DNA of 61,454 nucleotides, the filler included. It is 5 parts of 5 records of this genome, joined end to end, with 100 filler letters (N's around TTAATTAATTAA, not from the genome) between each part and the next. Parts side by side here need not be neighbours in the genome. Positions count along the whole stretch, not along the records: positions 1 to 20,098 come from SRR31156797_11820; 4 more parts are not named here. One strand, given 5' to 3'. Below are positions 1 to 9,821 of this stretch, piece after piece. Positions within the stretch are counted from its first letter, which is position 1, and each line of letters opens with the position of its first letter. The position numbers and the translations under genes are program-made. The notes below the pieces were generated by a model. The model did no database searches, had not been told where the DNA came from, and worked only from the letters and a program-made list of their open reading frames with translations.

Positions 1-1
1 T

Positions 2-82
2 TTAGAAGAAGGTCAAGCAGTGACTTTCGATATCGAAGACGGACAACGTGGCCCTCAAGCGACTAACGTTAACAAAGCATAA
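2..82 (+). CDS. Cold-shock protein (Csp family), C-terminal fragment
   Basis: Manual translation LEEGQAVTFDIEDGQRGPQATNVNKA*, the typical CSD C-terminus; cut by window start; absent from ORF track. Confidence 0.93.
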   Translation, partial: LEEGQAVTFDIEDGQRGPQATNVNKA

Positions 83-98
83 TTAGTGAATGCCTTTT

Positions 99-124
99 AA
101 GAGCAGCTTAGCTGCTCTTTTTTT
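99..124 (+). terminator. Intrinsic terminator after csp
   Basis: AAGAGCAGC-TTA-GCTGCTCTT stem followed by T-tract. Confidence 0.85.
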
Positions 125-188
125 GTGCGCGAGATAGTTGCTTGCAGACAAAGGAGTTGTTATACTCTTAAAAAAAGGAGGCACATTT

Positions 189-821
189 ATGGGATTGAAT
201 GAATTTATTCTCGGATTGGCTAATTTAGAGAAGATCCAACGAGCGCCGGGTTTTTTTAAGTTTACTGAGCACAGTGTAGCTGCTCATTCATTTCGAGTAA
301 CGATGATTGCCCAGACCTTAGCTGATATCGAAGAAAAGGCGGGGAATCAAGTCAATTGGCAAATTCTCTACGAAAAAGCCTTGAATCATGATTACACTGA
401 ACGTTTCATCGGTGATATCAAAACGCCGGTCAAATATGCGAACAAAGAATTGCGGGCAATGTTATCAACCGTTGAAGAAAAAATGACCGATGCCTTCATC
501 GAAGAAGAAATTCCAGGAAGCTTTCAAGCAACGTATCGCAGACGCTTAGCGGATGGCAAAGACAACAGCCTTGAAGGGCAGCTATTAGCAATTGCGGATA
601 AGATCGATCTTTTGTATGAATCTTTTGAAGAGATCTCAAAAAGCAACCCAGATAAAGTATACAAAGAAATGTTTCGAGAGGCCGTTTTAACCGTCAAAGA
701 GTTTCAGCATCGACCGTGTGTCACTTATTTCTTTGAAGCCATTTTTCCAGAGTTACTAAATGCAGATTTTTATGGCAAGACTGCTTTTCTAGAAGAAATC
801 GCGGCTTTGGTGGAAAAATAA
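189..821 (+). CDS. HD-domain 5'-deoxynucleotidase, YfbR-like
   Basis: HSVAAHSF, NHDYTE, GDIKTPVKY and ADKID motifs; start moved to ATG 189 behind AAGGAGG. Confidence 0.85.
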   Translation: MGLNEFILGLANLEKIQRAPGFFKFTEHSVAAHSFRVTMIAQTLADIEEKAGNQVNWQILYEKALNHDYTERFIGDIKTPVKYANKELRAMLSTVEEKMTDAFIEEEIPGSFQATYRRRLADGKDNSLEGQLLAIADKIDLLYESFEEISKSNPDKVYKEMFREAVLTVKEFQHRPCVTYFFEAIFPELLNADFYGKTAFLEEIAALVEK

Positions 822-829
822 CCCAAACG

Positions 830-912
830 AAAAAACGAAAAATCAAGAAATGATCCATCTCAAGGGCTTCAATGAAACAAGTGAGGGGATCAGGTTTGAT
901 TTTTCGTTTTTT
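830..912. terminator. Long hairpin between convergent genes, probable bidirectional terminator
   Basis: 17-bp arms AAAAAACGAAAAATCAA (830-846) and TTGATTTTTCGTTTTTT (896-912), plus inner TGATCC/GGATCA pairing. Confidence 0.6.
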
Positions 913-919
913 TGTTGGA

Positions 920-1690
920 TTAAAGCAAAGATTCTGCTCCATCAATATAGACTTCCGTTCCAGAAATATTGCCGGCAGCCTCTGAAGATAGAAAAAGCAC
1001 AAGGTTGGCGACTTGTTCTGGCACGCCTGTTTCTTGCTTTAATGGTCGAGAACGTTCTGGATATTTGACGGGGATCTCAACGCGAGCAACCTCTTCTTCA
1101 ATTTCTGTGCTGGCATCGATATTCGTCGCGATCGCCCCAGGGCAGATGGCATTGACCCGAATATTATAACCAGAAAGTTCCAGCGCAGCCATTTTTGTAA
1201 AGGCGACTTGACCTGCCTTAGACGTACTGTAAGCAGTCGCACCAAAATTGCTGAAGATGCGGTTTCCATTGACTGAACTCGTAATGACAATGCTGCCACC
1301 GTTCGTTTTCATAAAGGGAATGGCTGCTTTGACGGTAATAAAGGTACTACGTAAGTTTGTGTTGATCGTCTGATCCCATTCTGCCACTGTCAGCTCTTCG
1401 ATCGGTGTCCAGGTACCGTTGATGCCGGCATTGACATGGAGTACATCGAGACCGCCTAGTTCTTCTACAAGACCACTTATTGCTTCTTGCAGCTTATCCG
1501 CTTCAGTGACGTCAACAGCTCGATAATGGGCTTGTGCTTGATAGTCAGCAAGAAACTCCTGCAGCTCTTCTTCGTTGCGATCAATTAACCCAACAAGTGC
1601 GCCCTGTGCTAGAAATTGTTCTGCCACCGCTTTTCCAATCCCTGAAGCAGCCCCCGTTACAATCACTCGTTTGTTTTTGAAATCATTCAT
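920..1690 (-). CDS. Short-chain dehydrogenase/reductase
   Basis: TGAASGIG, NAG and catalytic YSTSK motifs. Confidence 0.92.
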   Translation of the reverse strand: MNDFKNKRVIVTGAASGIGKAVAEQFLAQGALVGLIDRNEEELQEFLADYQAQAHYRAVDVTEADKLQEAISGLVEELGGLDVLHVNAGINGTWTPIEELTVAEWDQTINTNLRSTFITVKAAIPFMKTNGGSIVITSSVNGNRIFSNFGATAYSTSKAGQVAFTKMAALELSGYNIRVNAICPGAIATNIDASTEIEEEVARVEIPVKYPERSRPLKQETGVPEQVANLVLFLSSEAAGNISGTEVYIDGAESLL

Positions 1691-1902
1691 TTTTTTCGCC
1701 TCCTTACAGTAAATTATAAAAAAGATCCCTTTTTTTGTCGAAAAAAGCGATCAGCGAACAGCAACAAACTTCTTCAGCTAGGAAACGCCAATGGTTGGTT
1801 TTCTAATTTTACCTCCCGAGAACCCTCTTATCTAGTGGGAAAACAGATGTAATCGCCATTGATTTTGTAGTATAATGCAGACAGTGTGCAAGGAGGAATA
1901 CA

Positions 1903-4659
1903 ATGAAACCCATATACGCTGTGGTGGATCTTGAAACAACAGGAACCGATTCGACGATTGATCGAATTATTCAATTTGGCTGTGTCTTAGTCCAAGATGG
2001 CAAGATCATCAATCGTTTTGCCGCAGATATCAACCCTGACCGCAGAATTTCTAAGCAAATTCAACGATTGACACACATCACAAACCAACAAGTAAGCAAA
2101 GCGCCATATTTCGAAGACGTAGCTGATACGATCTATAACTTACTCAGCAACACGATTTTTGTGGCGCATAATATTTATTTTGATTATCATTTTTTAAGCA
2201 ATGAATTTGTGCGTTGCGGGCTACCGCCTTTATCACTTCCCGGAATCGATACGGTGGAATTGGCGCAAGTGTTTCTACCAACAGAAAGCAGCTTTCGTTT
2301 AGGCGATCTGGCAGATAGCATCGGCTTTCGTCATGATAACCCGCATCAAGCTGATAGTGATGCAGAAGTGACCGCAGCTTTATTTTTGTATATCGAAGCG
2401 ATCATGCGAGAACTGCCCCGAACGACCCTTAAACAAATTGCGCTTTTAAGCGGTCAAATGGGCATGCAAACGAGTGACTATATCCATGGAATCTTAAAAG
2501 AAAAAGGCCCAGAGTTGGCAGAAGATTTAGAAGTGATCGACGGTATCGTCTTGCGGAAAAAGACCGTCCCGCTTTTTGAATCTACGCATTTTCAAGAAAC
2601 GTATCCGAAAGTTAAAACGGAAAAAGAACAGCGCTTTGGCCAGCACTTAGTCTATCGGAAACAACAAGCACGCTTGATGAATGCAGTGTATACGCATTAC
2701 ACCCAGCCAGAGAAAAATCTGATCATTGAAGCAGAAACAGGCATGGGGAAAACCATTGGTTACTTGTTTCCAGCCGCCTATTTAGTGACACCAGAAAATC
2801 CGTTGATCGTTAGTACCTCTTCAATTCTATTGCAAAATCAAATCATCAACAAAGACATTCCTTTGGTAAACCAAGTACTGCAGCAACCTTTGCAAGCAGT
2901 TTTGGTCAAAAGTCATCGTCATTACATTGATTTGCAGCGTTTTAAAGCGACCCTTGATCAACCGATAGAGCAAAAGCAATATGCGCAATACCAAATGGGG
3001 ATCTTAGTTTGGCTGACTAAAACAGAAACGGGGGATTTCGATGAATTGAACTTGGTTCGACTTGATCATCCTTTATTTACCGACATCCGCCATCGCGGCG
3101 TTGCTTTTTTAGCCAAAGATCAACCCTTCTATGAACAAGATTTTGTTCGACATTTATATAAGCGGATGGCGCAAAGCAATGTTTTGATCGTCAACCATGC
3201 CTTTTTGATGCAGGAAAACCGGCGAGCGCAGCCACTGTTGCCAACGAGTGATTACTTATTGATTGATGAAGCCCAACAGTTGCCGCAGCAAGCAGAAGGC
3301 TTTAGTCAACATGTTTTTGACTCTGCTCACTTCAAGCGGCAGTTTTTACAGCTAAATGAAGAAGGGCTATTTGAAGAAATTGCCCAAATCATTACCGAGG
3401 ATGACTTTCTGCAACGGATGTTCTCGTTGTATCGAAACGCGTTGTCGATCTTGGTCGAAACACAAGAACAGTATTTTCGCAGTTTGTCGATCGATGCGCC
3501 AGAGCTACAAGTCGTGCACCATGACGACCTCTATGATGGCACGTTAGAACAAGACAAGCTTCATCAGAAATTGAGCCTTTACTATCAAGAAATCAATGAG
3601 ATCCAACAACAGTTGCGTCAGCGATTCGAGTTGACCAATGATCGGTGGTATGCAAGACAACGAATCGTGATTGCTCGTTTGTTTGATTTCTTTGGTCAAA
3701 TGGAAACCCAGGAACAAACGGTGACCGCATGGTTGACTTGGTGGCATCCTCGTTACGTTCATTGGTTGAAAAAGCATCCCCAGTCAGGAAATGCTGTGAT
3801 TGAATTAGCTGATCTAGAAGGGCATTCGATCGTGGAAAGCACGTGGTATCAACGCTATCAGCACATCATTTATCTTGGGGGGACATTGAAGATCCCAGGA
3901 AATAAAGAATATTTTGCCCATCAGATTGGCTTGACCGATGTGCCAGTCAAAACGATTCCCGCTTTTTATGACTACAGCAAACAAACTCGACTCTATGTAG
4001 TTAAAAAAGGACTCTCGATCCAACAAGCATCAGCTGCTGAATACGCGGATTATTTAGTCGAAGCGTTAGTCCCAATTTTGTTTGACAATCCGCAACCAGC
4101 GCTTGTGTTGTTTACGGCGCACGAAACTTTGAAAAATGTCTATGATCGATTGAATAAAAAAGCCCTGCATTATGGCAGAGAAATCGTTGCTCAAGGAACT
4201 GGCGGAACCCGTGAGAAAATCTTAAAGAAATTTTTATTAGCGGAAAATGGCATCTTATTAGGGACTAGCAGTTTTTGGGAAGGGGTCGACCTACCAGGTC
4301 AGGCCTTGAAGATCGCTGTGGTGACTCGCTTACCTTTTGAGAATCCTAAGCAACCAATGGTCCAAGCACGGCATGCCTTCTTGGAAGCAGAAGGCATCGA
4401 TTCTTTCAAAGAAGATGCCTTACCTAAAGCGATTCTACGGCTACGCCAAGCGTTGGGGCGCTTGATCCGTTCTGAAGAGGATACAGGCGTGATGGTCGTC
4501 CTTGATCGACGCTTGTTATCAACGAAGTATGGCAAACGGATGGTCAAAGGTCTGCCTAAAAACTTACCTCTGATTGAAGCTAGTCCAACCGAAATTGCCG
4601 AAGATATTCAACATTTTTTTGCGCAAGAGGAAAAAGCGGCGGTTGATTTTGAAAAATGA
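1903..4659 (+). CDS. dinG: Bifunctional DnaQ-like 3'-5' exonuclease / DinG family helicase
   Basis: DLETTG exonuclease motif, AETGMGKT Walker A, DEAQ, SFWEGVD, QALGRLIR; AAGGAGG RBS; synteny with aspB-asnS. Confidence 0.93.
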   Translation: MKPIYAVVDLETTGTDSTIDRIIQFGCVLVQDGKIINRFAADINPDRRISKQIQRLTHITNQQVSKAPYFEDVADTIYNLLSNTIFVAHNIYFDYHFLSNEFVRCGLPPLSLPGIDTVELAQVFLPTESSFRLGDLADSIGFRHDNPHQADSDAEVTAALFLYIEAIMRELPRTTLKQIALLSGQMGMQTSDYIHGILKEKGPELAEDLEVIDGIVLRKKTVPLFESTHFQETYPKVKTEKEQRFGQHLVYRKQQARLMNAVYTHYTQPEKNLIIEAETGMGKTIGYLFPAAYLVTPENPLIVSTSSILLQNQIINKDIPLVNQVLQQPLQAVLVKSHRHYIDLQRFKATLDQPIEQKQYAQYQMGILVWLTKTETGDFDELNLVRLDHPLFTDIRHRGVAFLAKDQPFYEQDFVRHLYKRMAQSNVLIVNHAFLMQENRRAQPLLPTSDYLLIDEAQQLPQQAEGFSQHVFDSAHFKRQFLQLNEEGLFEEIAQIITEDDFLQRMFSLYRNALSILVETQEQYFRSLSIDAPELQVVHHDDLYDGTLEQDKLHQKLSLYYQEINEIQQQLRQRFELTNDRWYARQRIVIARLFDFFGQMETQEQTVTAWLTWWHPRYVHWLKKHPQSGNAVIELADLEGHSIVESTWYQRYQHIIYLGGTLKIPGNKEYFAHQIGLTDVPVKTIPAFYDYSKQTRLYVVKKGLSIQQASAAEYADYLVEALVPILFDNPQPALVLFTAHETLKNVYDRLNKKALHYGREIVAQGTGGTREKILKKFLLAENGILLGTSSFWEGVDLPGQALKIAVVTRLPFENPKQPMVQARHAFLEAEGIDSFKEDALPKAILRLRQALGRLIRSEEDTGVMVVLDRRLLSTKYGKRMVKGLPKNLPLIEASPTEIAEDIQHFFAQEEKAAVDFEK

Positions 4660-4678
4660 GTCGAACATCTGATATAAT
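4649..4678 (+). promoter_or_regulatory. Candidate sigma-A promoter for DUF5590-aspB-asnS
   Basis: TTGAAA-N18-TATAAT with extended -10 TG. Confidence 0.5.
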
Positions 4679-4707
4679 GAGTTTTATTTAAGATTGGAGT
4701 ACGAAGT

Positions 4708-5208
4708 GTGAAAACAAAAGACAAAGAACATCGGCGAGTGATTATTTTGCTGAGTGCGATCACGGTTTTACTGGTCGTTATTCTCTTCGCTTCTATTTTC
4801 TATCTCCGTTCTTCTCGTCCAATGCGGCAAGCAAGAAACGAAGCGATCGAAATAGCAGAAAGATACACCGATTTAGCAGAGGTCGAACAATTTTATTGGT
4901 TCACCCGTGAGGAAACATCTTTTAGCATTGTTGGAAAAGATACGAATAACAATGAGATCGTCGTGATCATTCCTAAAAGCGGCGAAAAGGTTTCCGTTTT
5001 TAATCAAGGGGATGGATTGACGGAAGCACAGGCCAAAGCCTTCGTTCGCGACAACCATCAAGGGCAGGAAATCCAAAAAGCAGCATTGGGTATTTTTAAA
5101 GGCGAGCCCGCTTGGGAAGTCATGACTAAAGACGACCAAGGCCGCTTGAACTATTATTTGATTGGTTTCAAAGATGGAGAAGAAATCAAAGCGGTCACTG
5201 AACTATAA
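4708..5208 (+). CDS. YpmB/TseB-like (DUF5590) membrane-anchored protein
   Basis: N-terminal TM helix, PepSY-like C-terminus (PAWEV...YYLIGFKDG), typical position between dinG and aspB. Confidence 0.8.
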   Translation: MKTKDKEHRRVIILLSAITVLLVVILFASIFYLRSSRPMRQARNEAIEIAERYTDLAEVEQFYWFTREETSFSIVGKDTNNNEIVVIIPKSGEKVSVFNQGDGLTEAQAKAFVRDNHQGQEIQKAALGIFKGEPAWEVMTKDDQGRLNYYLIGFKDGEEIKAVTEL

Positions 5209-5258
5209 AAAGGCGCTTTTGATAGACAGAAATTTGGATCGTAGGAAGGATGATAAAC

Positions 5259-6452
5259 ATGGTACTTTCAAAAAGAGCAGAAAAATTAGAACCCTCCGCT
5301 ACGTTAGCGGCATCTGCTAAGGCAAAAGCATTAGCAGACCAAGGTGTAGACGTATTAAGTCTAACCGTCGGTGAGCCCGACTTTATTACCCCGAAGAACA
5401 TTCGCCAAGCAGCGATTGCAGCGATTGAGAGCGGCAAAGCTAGTTTTTATACAGCAACTGCTGGGATTCCAGAGCTAAAACAGGCGATTCTTGCTTATAT
5501 GAAAGAGTTTTATGGTGCTGACTATGATTCAAACCAAGTGATCGTGACAGATGGCGCGAAATTTGCCCTGTATACGTTGTTTCAAGCGCTTCTTGATGAA
5601 GAGGATGAAGTACTCATTCCAGTTCCTTACTGGGTCAGTTATGCGGAACAAGTCCGTTTAGCAGAAGGGACACCTGTGTTTGTTGAAGCTAAGCAATCAG
5701 CAGATTTTAAAGTTTCTGTTGCTCAATTAGAAGCCGCTCGTACAGAGCAAACGAAAGCCATCATTTTAAACTCGCCTGCCAACCCAACAGGGGCGATATA
5801 CTCAAAAGAAGAATTAACGGCAATCGGCAACTGGGCAGTGGAAAATAATATTTGGATCATAGCGGATGATATCTATGGTCGTTTGGTTTATAACGGCAAT
5901 ACCTTTACATCAATCGCTAGCCTATCTGAAGAGATCCGCAAACAAACCATCGTGATCAACGGCGTTTCAAAAACCTATTCTATGACTGGGTGGCGGATCG
6001 GATTTGCTGTCGGCGATGCAAAAATCATCAAAGCGATGGTCGATATCGCTTCCCAAGCTACCAGCAACCCGCCGGCTGCTAGCCAATACGCAGCAGTTGA
6101 GGCACTGACTGGTAATCAAGAATCGATCGAAGTGATGCGTCAGGCCTTCGAAGAACGCTTGAATAAACTATATCCGCTAATTGCCGCTATTCCTGGTTTT
6201 AAGGTGACGAAACCCCAAGGCGCGTTTTACTTGTTCCCAAATGTCAAAGAAGCCATGACAATGTGCGGCTATCAAACCATTGATGCCTTCGTAGAAGCTT
6301 TACTAATGGAAGCCCACGTGGCAGTAGTGACTGGTGCTGGTTTTGGCACACCGGATTATTTACGGATCAGCTATGCAACTGATTGGGACACGTTAGCGGA
6401 AGCTACCAAACGAATCCATGATTTTGTTGAAAAGAAGCGCCAAAAAGCTTAA
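5259..6452 (+). CDS. aspB: Class I/II PLP-dependent aspartate aminotransferase
   Basis: GEPDF, NSPANPTG, DDIY, SKTYSMTGWRIG; alternative start at 5250. Confidence 0.9.
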   Translation: MVLSKRAEKLEPSATLAASAKAKALADQGVDVLSLTVGEPDFITPKNIRQAAIAAIESGKASFYTATAGIPELKQAILAYMKEFYGADYDSNQVIVTDGAKFALYTLFQALLDEEDEVLIPVPYWVSYAEQVRLAEGTPVFVEAKQSADFKVSVAQLEAARTEQTKAIILNSPANPTGAIYSKEELTAIGNWAVENNIWIIADDIYGRLVYNGNTFTSIASLSEEIRKQTIVINGVSKTYSMTGWRIGFAVGDAKIIKAMVDIASQATSNPPAASQYAAVEALTGNQESIEVMRQAFEERLNKLYPLIAAIPGFKVTKPQGAFYLFPNVKEAMTMCGYQTIDAFVEALLMEAHVAVVTGAGFGTPDYLRISYATDWDTLAEATKRIHDFVEKKRQKA

Positions 6453-6495
6453 AATGCTCTATGGTGCCTTTATTAATTAGATAGGAGAGAATCAA

Positions 6496-7794
6496 GTGGA
6501 ATCTATTCAAATTTTAGATGCAAAAAAACACGTTGGCGAAACCGTTCAAATCGGAGCATGGGTTGCTAACAAACGTTCTAGCGGCAAGATCGCCTTCTTA
6601 CAACTTCGCGACGGAACAGCATATTTTCAAGGAATCGTTGTAAAAAGTGAAGTAGGGGAAGAAGTTTTCCAATTAGCGAAAAATTTAAATCAGGAAACTG
6701 CCGTACTGGTCACTGGGGAAATCAGAGAAGACAGCCGCTCAAAATTTGGCTATGAAATTGGCATTTCTGGTTTAGAAGTTGTCGGTGAAAGCCACGATTA
6801 CCCAATCACACCAAAAGAACACGGAACAGATTTCTTAATGGATCATCGTCACTTATGGTTGCGTTCTTCAAAACAACATGCCATCATGCAAATCCGAAAC
6901 GAAATCATTCGGGCAACATATGAATTCTTCAACAAGAATGGCTTTATCAAAATCGATCCACCGATCCTAACCGGATCAGCACCAGAAGGAACGACCGATT
7001 TATTTGAAACCAACTATTTCGATCAAAAAGCATATCTATCTCAGTCCGGTCAATTGTACATGGAAGCTGCCGCTATGGCGTTTGGCAAAGTCTTTTCTTT
7101 TGGACCAACTTTCCGTGCCGAAAAATCAAAGACACGTCGTCACTTGATTGAATTTTGGATGATTGAACCAGAAATGGCCTTTATGCACCAAGAAGAAAGT
7201 TTAGAAGTCCAAGAGCAGTACGTGGCATTCTTAGTGCAAAATGTGCTCGATAACTGTGCCTATGCGTTAGACGTCTTAGGTCGTGACCGTGAAGTCTTGA
7301 AAAAATACACCAAATTACCATTCCCACGAATCTCTTACGATGATGCAGTGGAATTATTACAAAAGAACGGCTTTGATGATATTCAATGGGGCGATGACTT
7401 TGGCTCACCACATGAGACTTTTATTGCCAATTCATTCGATCAGCCCGTCTTTATCTTAAACTATCCAAAAGCCATCAAACCTTTCTATATGAAGCCACAT
7501 CCAACGAGAGAAGATGTCGTGATCTGTGCCGATATGATCGCACCAGAAGGCTATGGCGAGATCATAGGTGGTTCTGAACGTGCCATCGATCATGAATACC
7601 TCCTAGAGCAAATCCGCGCCCATGGCTTGGACGAAAACGAATACTCATGGTATTTAGACCTACGCAAGTACGGCTCAGTTCCTCACACCGGCTTTGGACT
7701 TGGACTAGAACGGACCGTTACCTGGTTATCAGGAATCGAGCACGTAAGAGAATCCATTCCGTTTCCACGGTTGTTGAATCGGATTTATCCTTAG
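6496..7794 (+). CDS. asnS: Asparagine--tRNA ligase
   Basis: OB-fold N-terminus, [21 protein letters not shown] (motif 2), GFGLGLER (motif 3). Confidence 0.97.
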   Translation: MESIQILDAKKHVGETVQIGAWVANKRSSGKIAFLQLRDGTAYFQGIVVKSEVGEEVFQLAKNLNQETAVLVTGEIREDSRSKFGYEIGISGLEVVGESHDYPITPKEHGTDFLMDHRHLWLRSSKQHAIMQIRNEIIRATYEFFNKNGFIKIDPPILTGSAPEGTTDLFETNYFDQKAYLSQSGQLYMEAAAMAFGKVFSFGPTFRAEKSKTRRHLIEFWMIEPEMAFMHQEESLEVQEQYVAFLVQNVLDNCAYALDVLGRDREVLKKYTKLPFPRISYDDAVELLQKNGFDDIQWGDDFGSPHETFIANSFDQPVFILNYPKAIKPFYMKPHPTREDVVICADMIAPEGYGEIIGGSERAIDHEYLLEQIRAHGLDENEYSWYLDLRKYGSVPHTGFGLGLERTVTWLSGIEHVRESIPFPRLLNRIYP

Positions 7795-7801
7795 GGAAAT
7801 G

Positions 7802-7840
7802 CAGATGGTTGGTAACTATTCAATCATCTGTTATTTTTTT
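7802..7840 (+). terminator. Intrinsic terminator after asnS
   Basis: CAGATGGTTG/CAATCATCTG stem then T-tract. Confidence 0.75.
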
Positions 7841-7963
7841 ATTTTGAAGTTTCATTTATGTTTCATTATTGGTAACAATATAACGGTTTTATTACAATTA
7901 TTTTCTTTTAGATGAATATCGGGTAAAATGAAAGGTAGCGTAAAAAAAGAAAGGGATACTGTG

Positions 7964-9097
7964 ATGAAATCATGGCTTCTTGCGAAAATTAAGCAAAGTT
8001 ATTTATTCACAATTAAGCGATTTGCTAAAAAAAATAAGAAACAGCATCAGCAAATTGTTTATTTACTTAGTTTTCCTAGTACAAGCAATTATATAATTGA
8101 GAAGTTGTTTCAGAAATATCAAAAACGACTGACAATTTGTTATACAAAGAACGCAACTGATTTAGCAAGAACTTATCAAGAAAAAGGATGTCCAATTTAC
8201 TGTATCGATTCACAACTGATTTTATTTAGACATATTGTTCCTTTATTGAAAAGCGCAAGAGTTATATTGTGCGATAACTATTTTGCTATATTAGGTGGGA
8301 TTGACTTTTTACCCAAAACAAAAATAGTTCAACTATGGCATGCTAATGGAGCAATTAAAAAATTCGGTTTAGAAGCTCACTATGCTAAAAAAGCAACCCA
8401 GGCCGATCAAAAACGTTATAAGGATGTTTATCGTCGATATACCCACTATGTGGTAAGTTCACCTAAAATGGCGTCAATTTTTGAGAGAAGCTATCAACGT
8501 GAATTGACTTTTTTACCCTTTGGCTATCCACCAACGGATCAGTATTTTAAACGTGATGATGAAAAAATAAAAGAAATGAAAAAAATTTTTGGAGGAAAAA
8601 AATTGCTCCTCTACGCACCAACCTACAGGGAAGAACGAGGAGATTTTTTTATTGATTTTAACAGATTACTAACAGAGTTACCTGAGTGGAACATTCTTGT
8701 GCAACTTCATCCCCATGATTTAAAGCAGTTACAACATTTAAAAAAAATTGAAGGAATCATAACGAATTTTGAAGGCTACAAAATCCAAGATTTATTTCCG
8801 ATAATCGACTGTTTAGTGACTGATTATTCTTCAATACCTTTTGAGTATAGTTTAAGCAACCCGAGTGGTATGATTTGCTATTTTTGTTATGATTATGATT
8901 TATATGATAAAACTGTTGGTATCCAAGATTGTTTCAAAAAACAAAAGAGCATAGCTAAAACACAAGATGAACTTGTCAGAATCATACAAAAGGGAACAAG
9001 TGATTTAAACCAATTCAACCAAGAATGGAACACATATGTTAAAGGGAATGCCATAGAACAACTAGTAGAGTGGGTGAACGCACAATATGAATACTGA
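7964..9097 (+). CDS. tagB: CDP-glycerol glycerophosphotransferase, TagB-like primase
   Basis: QLWHANGAIKKFGL, YAPTYR, LHPH and TDYSSIPFE motifs; adjacent to tagA; start uncertain (7928/7961/7964). Confidence 0.8.
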   Translation: MKSWLLAKIKQSYLFTIKRFAKKNKKQHQQIVYLLSFPSTSNYIIEKLFQKYQKRLTICYTKNATDLARTYQEKGCPIYCIDSQLILFRHIVPLLKSARVILCDNYFAILGGIDFLPKTKIVQLWHANGAIKKFGLEAHYAKKATQADQKRYKDVYRRYTHYVVSSPKMASIFERSYQRELTFLPFGYPPTDQYFKRDDEKIKEMKKIFGGKKLLLYAPTYREERGDFFIDFNRLLTELPEWNILVQLHPHDLKQLQHLKKIEGIITNFEGYKIQDLFPIIDCLVTDYSSIPFEYSLSNPSGMICYFCYDYDLYDKTVGIQDCFKKQKSIAKTQDELVRIIQKGTSDLNQFNQEWNTYVKGNAIEQLVEWVNAQYEY

Positions 9098-9818
9098 AGT
9101 AATCATGGGATTACCTGTTGATCAGGTTACTTATCAAACTATTTTGGCAGAATTGCCTTTATATTTTGAGAATGGAAAGAAAATGACGGCGATTAGCATA
9201 AATCCACAAATAGCTGTTGACGCAAAAAAATATCCTGACATAGTAGAATTTATCAAACAAAGTACACATCGTATTCCCGATGGAATTGGAATAGTGCTAG
9301 TTTCCCAACTAACTGGTGGTAAAATTAAAGAACGCGTAGCTGGATTTGATTTAATGGTGAAATTTTTAGAATATGCTAATAATCATCAAAAAAGAGTTTT
9401 TTTTTATGGAGCGAAACCCGAAGTTTTATTTGATGCCATAGAAAATACTCGTGAATTATATCCTAACTTGACAATTACTGGTGGAATAGATGGTTACACT
9501 TCTTTATCAGAAGTGGAAGTAGTTGAAATGATTAATAGAGCAATGCCAGACTTTCTCTTTGTAGCATTGGGATTTCCACGTCAAGAGCAATGGTTGGCTC
9601 GTAACACATCTCGCTTAAATGTTACTGTCCTACAAGATGTAGGAGGGAGTTTCGATGTTTTAAGCGGACGAGTAAAACGAGCGCCAAAAATGATTATAAA
9701 CTTACATTTAGAGTGGCTTTATCGTTCGTTAAGTAATCCGAAACGGATTGGTCGGATTATTCAGTTGCCTATCTTTGTGGTGAAAAGTTTGTGGTGGAAG
9801 GTTAGAGGAGACGATTAA
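9087..9818 (+). CDS. tagA: WecB/TagA/CpsF N-acetylmannosaminyltransferase
   Basis: PDGIG, ERVAGFDL, ALGFPRQE, DVGGSFDV, KRAP, LEWLYR. Confidence 0.92.
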   Translation: MNTEVIMGLPVDQVTYQTILAELPLYFENGKKMTAISINPQIAVDAKKYPDIVEFIKQSTHRIPDGIGIVLVSQLTGGKIKERVAGFDLMVKFLEYANNHQKRVFFYGAKPEVLFDAIENTRELYPNLTITGGIDGYTSLSEVEVVEMINRAMPDFLFVALGFPRQEQWLARNTSRLNVTVLQDVGGSFDVLSGRVKRAPKMIINLHLEWLYRSLSNPKRIGRIIQLPIFVVKSLWWKVRGDD

Positions 9819-9821
9819 GTT

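Noticed and set aside
138..188. TTG start at 138 for the HD protein
   Set aside because: A strong AAGGAGG RBS precedes ATG 189
6453..6495. T-box leader for asnS
   Set aside because: The gap is only 43 nt and has no T-box motif
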